64,000 nt of DNA from Candidatus Izemoplasmatales bacterium (GTDB lineage Bacteria > Bacillota_I > Bacilli_A > Izemoplasmatales > Hujiaoplasmataceae). Below are positions 61,612 through 64,000 of the stretch, in pieces; the stretch's first letter is position 1, and every line of letters begins with the position of its first letter. The stretch covers positions 32,001 through 96,000 of the forward strand of contig JBMNEZ010000001.1 of assembly GCA_050949045.1 (NCBI GenBank). The letters are read 5' to 3'. The translations under genes and the position numbers were made by a program. The notes beneath the pieces are model-generated. The model was not told the DNA's origin. It searched no databases and was given only the letters and a program-made list of their open reading frames with translations.

Positions 61612-62280
61612 TCATCGTTTTTTCATTATGTTTAGGAAAGGAAAATTGTTTTTCTCAAACACTTTTCCTTCGAGGTAGGCCAAGGGATGTTCTCGTTCGA
61701 TATCGGAAAACTCGAGCCGCATCGACACTAGGGCTTGGTGGTTGAGGTTGTATCTTCGATTTAGACTCTTGTTTCCATAAAGCGGATCGCCAAGAAGCGG
61801 ATGGTTAAAATGGGCCATCACCGCCCTGATCTGGTGAAATCTGCCGGTGACAAGTTCGATTTCGACTAGGGATAGTTCCTGATTCTCTTCGATGACTCGG
61901 TATTTAGTGATGGTTTCCCGGCTGCCTTTGATCTTTTCACTCGCCGTTCTTACAAGAGCGCTCTCTTCATCCTTTAACAAATAACAGCGATAAGTCCCTT
62001 CAGTTTCGGGAAAATACCCGCTGACGATCGCCTGGTAGTATTTTTTGATCTTGTTATGACGCTGGAAGATCGAAAGGAGAGACAGGGAATTCTTGGTTTT
62101 TCCTAAAAGAACAAGACCTTGAGTCTGATAATCAAGCCTTGTCACGACGCCGTATTCATGATGACCGATGGCCGACAAGAGGTCTTTCTGTTTAAGCCTA
62201 GAAGCCGGATGGATCAAGAGATTGACCGGTTTGTCGACGATTAGGATTTGGTCGTCCTCGTAGATAATGGCAATATTCAT
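61612..62280 (-). CDS. RluA-family pseudouridine synthase
   Basis: DKP, RLDYQTQG, TGRFHQIR, GDPLYG. Confidence 0.92.
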   Translation of the reverse strand: MNIAIIYEDDQILIVDKPVNLLIHPASRLKQKDLLSAIGHHEYGVVTRLDYQTQGLVLLGKTKNSLSLLSIFQRHNKIKKYYQAIVSGYFPETEGTYRCYLLKDEESALVRTASEKIKGSRETITKYRVIEENQELSLVEIELVTGRFHQIRAVMAHFNHPLLGDPLYGNKSLNRRYNLNHQALVSMRLEFSDIEREHPLAYLEGKVFEKNNFPFLNIMKKR

Positions 62281-62405
62281 ATAGACACTTCCCGTCACTC
62301 GGTATTATACATTATCTTCGCCGAATTTTTAATCTGTTTTCAAGAACACGTTTGAGGTGAGCTGCGCCCGTGATATAATTGAAATAATAATGGAGGATTT
62401 AAGCA

Positions 62406-62969
62406 ATGCTGATACTGCTCGGCCCCAGCGCTTCGGGCAAGACCGAGACCGCTAAAATCATGATCAATCGTTATCCCATTTCCCGGGTGGTGACCTGTAC
62501 GACCAGACCCATGAGGGTCAATGAGATCGACAGTTTCGACTATCATTTTTTGACTGAGACGGACTTTATGCAAAAAAAAGCTCAGGGATATTTTGCCGAA
62601 ACCGCAATTTACAACGGCTATCTTTATGGCACACCGTTGAACGAGCTTCGCGATGACAAACTGATTATTCTCGAACCGCAAGGATTGAAATCCTTTCTTG
62701 CGCTTGCGGTCTGCGACATTGTCGCCATCTACTTCAAGACTCAGGAACAATGTCGAATCGAGCGAATGCGTTCACGCAAGGACAACGAGGAGGACATTAA
62801 AAAGAGAATCGAACGGGATCGGATCGACTTCAACTATGAGCAGATCGAAGGACTTGATTTGATCGTTGACACGACAAATATCCCCCTCGCGGATCTTGCC
62901 GATCTCGTCTATTACAACTATACGATGATCCTGGCCAACAAAAAACTTTTGACCAGGACGGGAAAATGA
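62406..62969 (+). CDS. gmk: Guanylate kinase
   Basis: GPSASGKT, TTRPMR..E...DYHF, YGT. Confidence 0.88.
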   Translation: MLILLGPSASGKTETAKIMINRYPISRVVTCTTRPMRVNEIDSFDYHFLTETDFMQKKAQGYFAETAIYNGYLYGTPLNELRDDKLIILEPQGLKSFLALAVCDIVAIYFKTQEQCRIERMRSRKDNEEDIKKRIERDRIDFNYEQIEGLDLIVDTTNIPLADLADLVYYNYTMILANKKLLTRTGK

Positions 62970-62979
62970 GGTATTGTCA

Positions 62980-63450
62980 ATGGCTGATTTTCTGATTCGC
63001 CCTGCTAGGGAAGACGAAAGCGGTCTAGTGCTCGATTTTATCAAGCAAATAGCCGCTTATGAAAAGTTGTCCCATTTGGTTGAAGCCACCGAACATAAGA
63101 TTCATGAATCTCTGTTTGTCAACCATGATGCGAAGGCAATCATCGCTTTTGAAAACGATATTCCGGTCGGCTTTGCCCTCTATTACTATAATTTTTCCAC
63201 ATTCAAAGGCAAAAAAGGGCTCTATTTGGAAGACTTGTTCGTCAAAGAGGAACATCGTCACAAGGGTTATGGAAAAGCATTGATCACCTATTTGATCAGG
63301 CAGGCCAGTATTGAAAAGGTGGGACGGATGGAGTGGACTTGCCTTGACTGGAATCAAACGGCAGCTCAATTTTATCTGTCGCTGGGGGCGAAACCGATGG
63401 ACGGCTGGACCATATTCCGTTTGGACGAGAAAGACCTCGGGCAACTTTGA
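62980..63450 (+). CDS. GNAT N-acetyltransferase (spermidine/diamine acetyltransferase-like)
   Basis: FSTFKG..GLYLEDLFV, R.KGYG, LDWN..A..FY. Confidence 0.9.
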   Translation: MADFLIRPAREDESGLVLDFIKQIAAYEKLSHLVEATEHKIHESLFVNHDAKAIIAFENDIPVGFALYYYNFSTFKGKKGLYLEDLFVKEEHRHKGYGKALITYLIRQASIEKVGRMEWTCLDWNQTAAQFYLSLGAKPMDGWTIFRLDEKDLGQL

Positions 63451-63520
63451 GCATATCGATGGAGTTAGTCATTATTTTTTGATAAAATAAATTCGACAAA
63501 CAAATACGGAGGAAACAAAT

Positions 63521-63832
63521 ATGCCAACAAAAATAACTAATGCCAATTTCAAAACCGAGGTTCTCGACTCCAGCGTTCCGGTAATCGTCGATTTTTGGGC
63601 CGCTTGGTGCCGTCCCTGCATGATGCTGGGACCGATCATCGAAGATATCGCCAAGGACCTCAAGGGCGTCGTCAAAGTCGGAAAGGTCAATGTTGATGAG
63701 GAAGGTCAATTAGCCGATCAGTTCCGGATATCCACCATTCCCACGATTATTCTTTTTAAGAACGGCCAAGTCGACAAGCAGGTCGTCGGACTGATGCGCA
63801 AAGAGGATCTTTTAAAGGCATTCGGTCTTTGA
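63521..63832 (+). CDS. trxA: Thioredoxin
   Basis: DFWAAWCRPC, IPT. Confidence 0.94.
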   Translation: MPTKITNANFKTEVLDSSVPVIVDFWAAWCRPCMMLGPIIEDIAKDLKGVVKVGKVNVDEEGQLADQFRISTIPTIILFKNGQVDKQVVGLMRKEDLLKAFGL

Positions 63833-63833
63833 G

Positions 63834-64000
63834 ATGCGTGATGTAATCGTCATCGGCGGCGGACCCGCAGGTGTGTCCGCCGCCATTTACTTGAAAAGAT
63901 TCAAACTAGATGTGGCCATCCTCATGAAAGACATGGGGACCCTCGCAAACACTGACCATATCGAAAACTATTATGGGATTGTCGAACCGATAAAGGGATC
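63834..64000 (+). CDS. Thioredoxin reductase-like flavoprotein (5' part, runs off the window)
   Basis: MRDVIVIGGGPAGVSAAIYL...IENYYG directly after trxA. Confidence 0.85.
   Translation, partial: MRDVIVIGGGPAGVSAAIYLKRFKLDVAILMKDMGTLANTDHIENYYGIVEPIKG

Noticed and set aside
63600..63620. Thioredoxin WCRPC instead of WCGPC
   Set aside because: The CxxC is intact and such variants are common.
1..64000. CRISPR array, reverse transcriptase (retron or DGR), prophage, and the many antisense ORFs in the track
   Set aside because: No spaced repeat arrays, RT motifs or phage structural genes were seen. The antisense and alternate-frame ORFs lie within well-supported genes.

Overview
Mostly co-directional (+ strand) housekeeping chromosome of a Bacilli/Mollicutes-related bacterium. 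An Izemoplasmatales/Acholeplasmatales-like host is inferred from gene content and style, not proven. It uses the standard code, since TGA terminates core genes. Core genes include an EF-G paralogue, DegV, four tRNAs (His, Gln, Lys, Leu), ackA, dnaE-pfkA, uvrB, two rlmD paralogues, ABC exporters, superoxide reductase, uppP-cpsC/D/B-capD, fhs, MATE, a GlpA-like three-gene module, feoAB with a DtxR-family regulator, trmFO-xerC-rlmH, pepT, gmk and trxA/trxB. Several AT-rich accessory patches are interspersed: 1-1130, about 4800-10690 after tRNA-Leu, 23700-24900 after rlmD, 27000-29790, 33000-33355 and 39500-40950. They hold decayed IS3-family pieces and broken genes. There are four main observations. 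(1) An AlbA_2/Schlafen-ATPase-wHTH gene carries, inside its own coding sequence, extra copies of the operator-like motif (ATGTCACTT) that covers its promoter. (2) An unassigned, terminator-linked structured RNA precedes rlmD. (3) A c-di-GMP phosphodiesterase is broken by one extra base in an A9 tract. (4) Several otherwise intact genes each have a single in-frame stop. No CRISPR array, rRNA, reverse transcriptase or intact transposase was seen.
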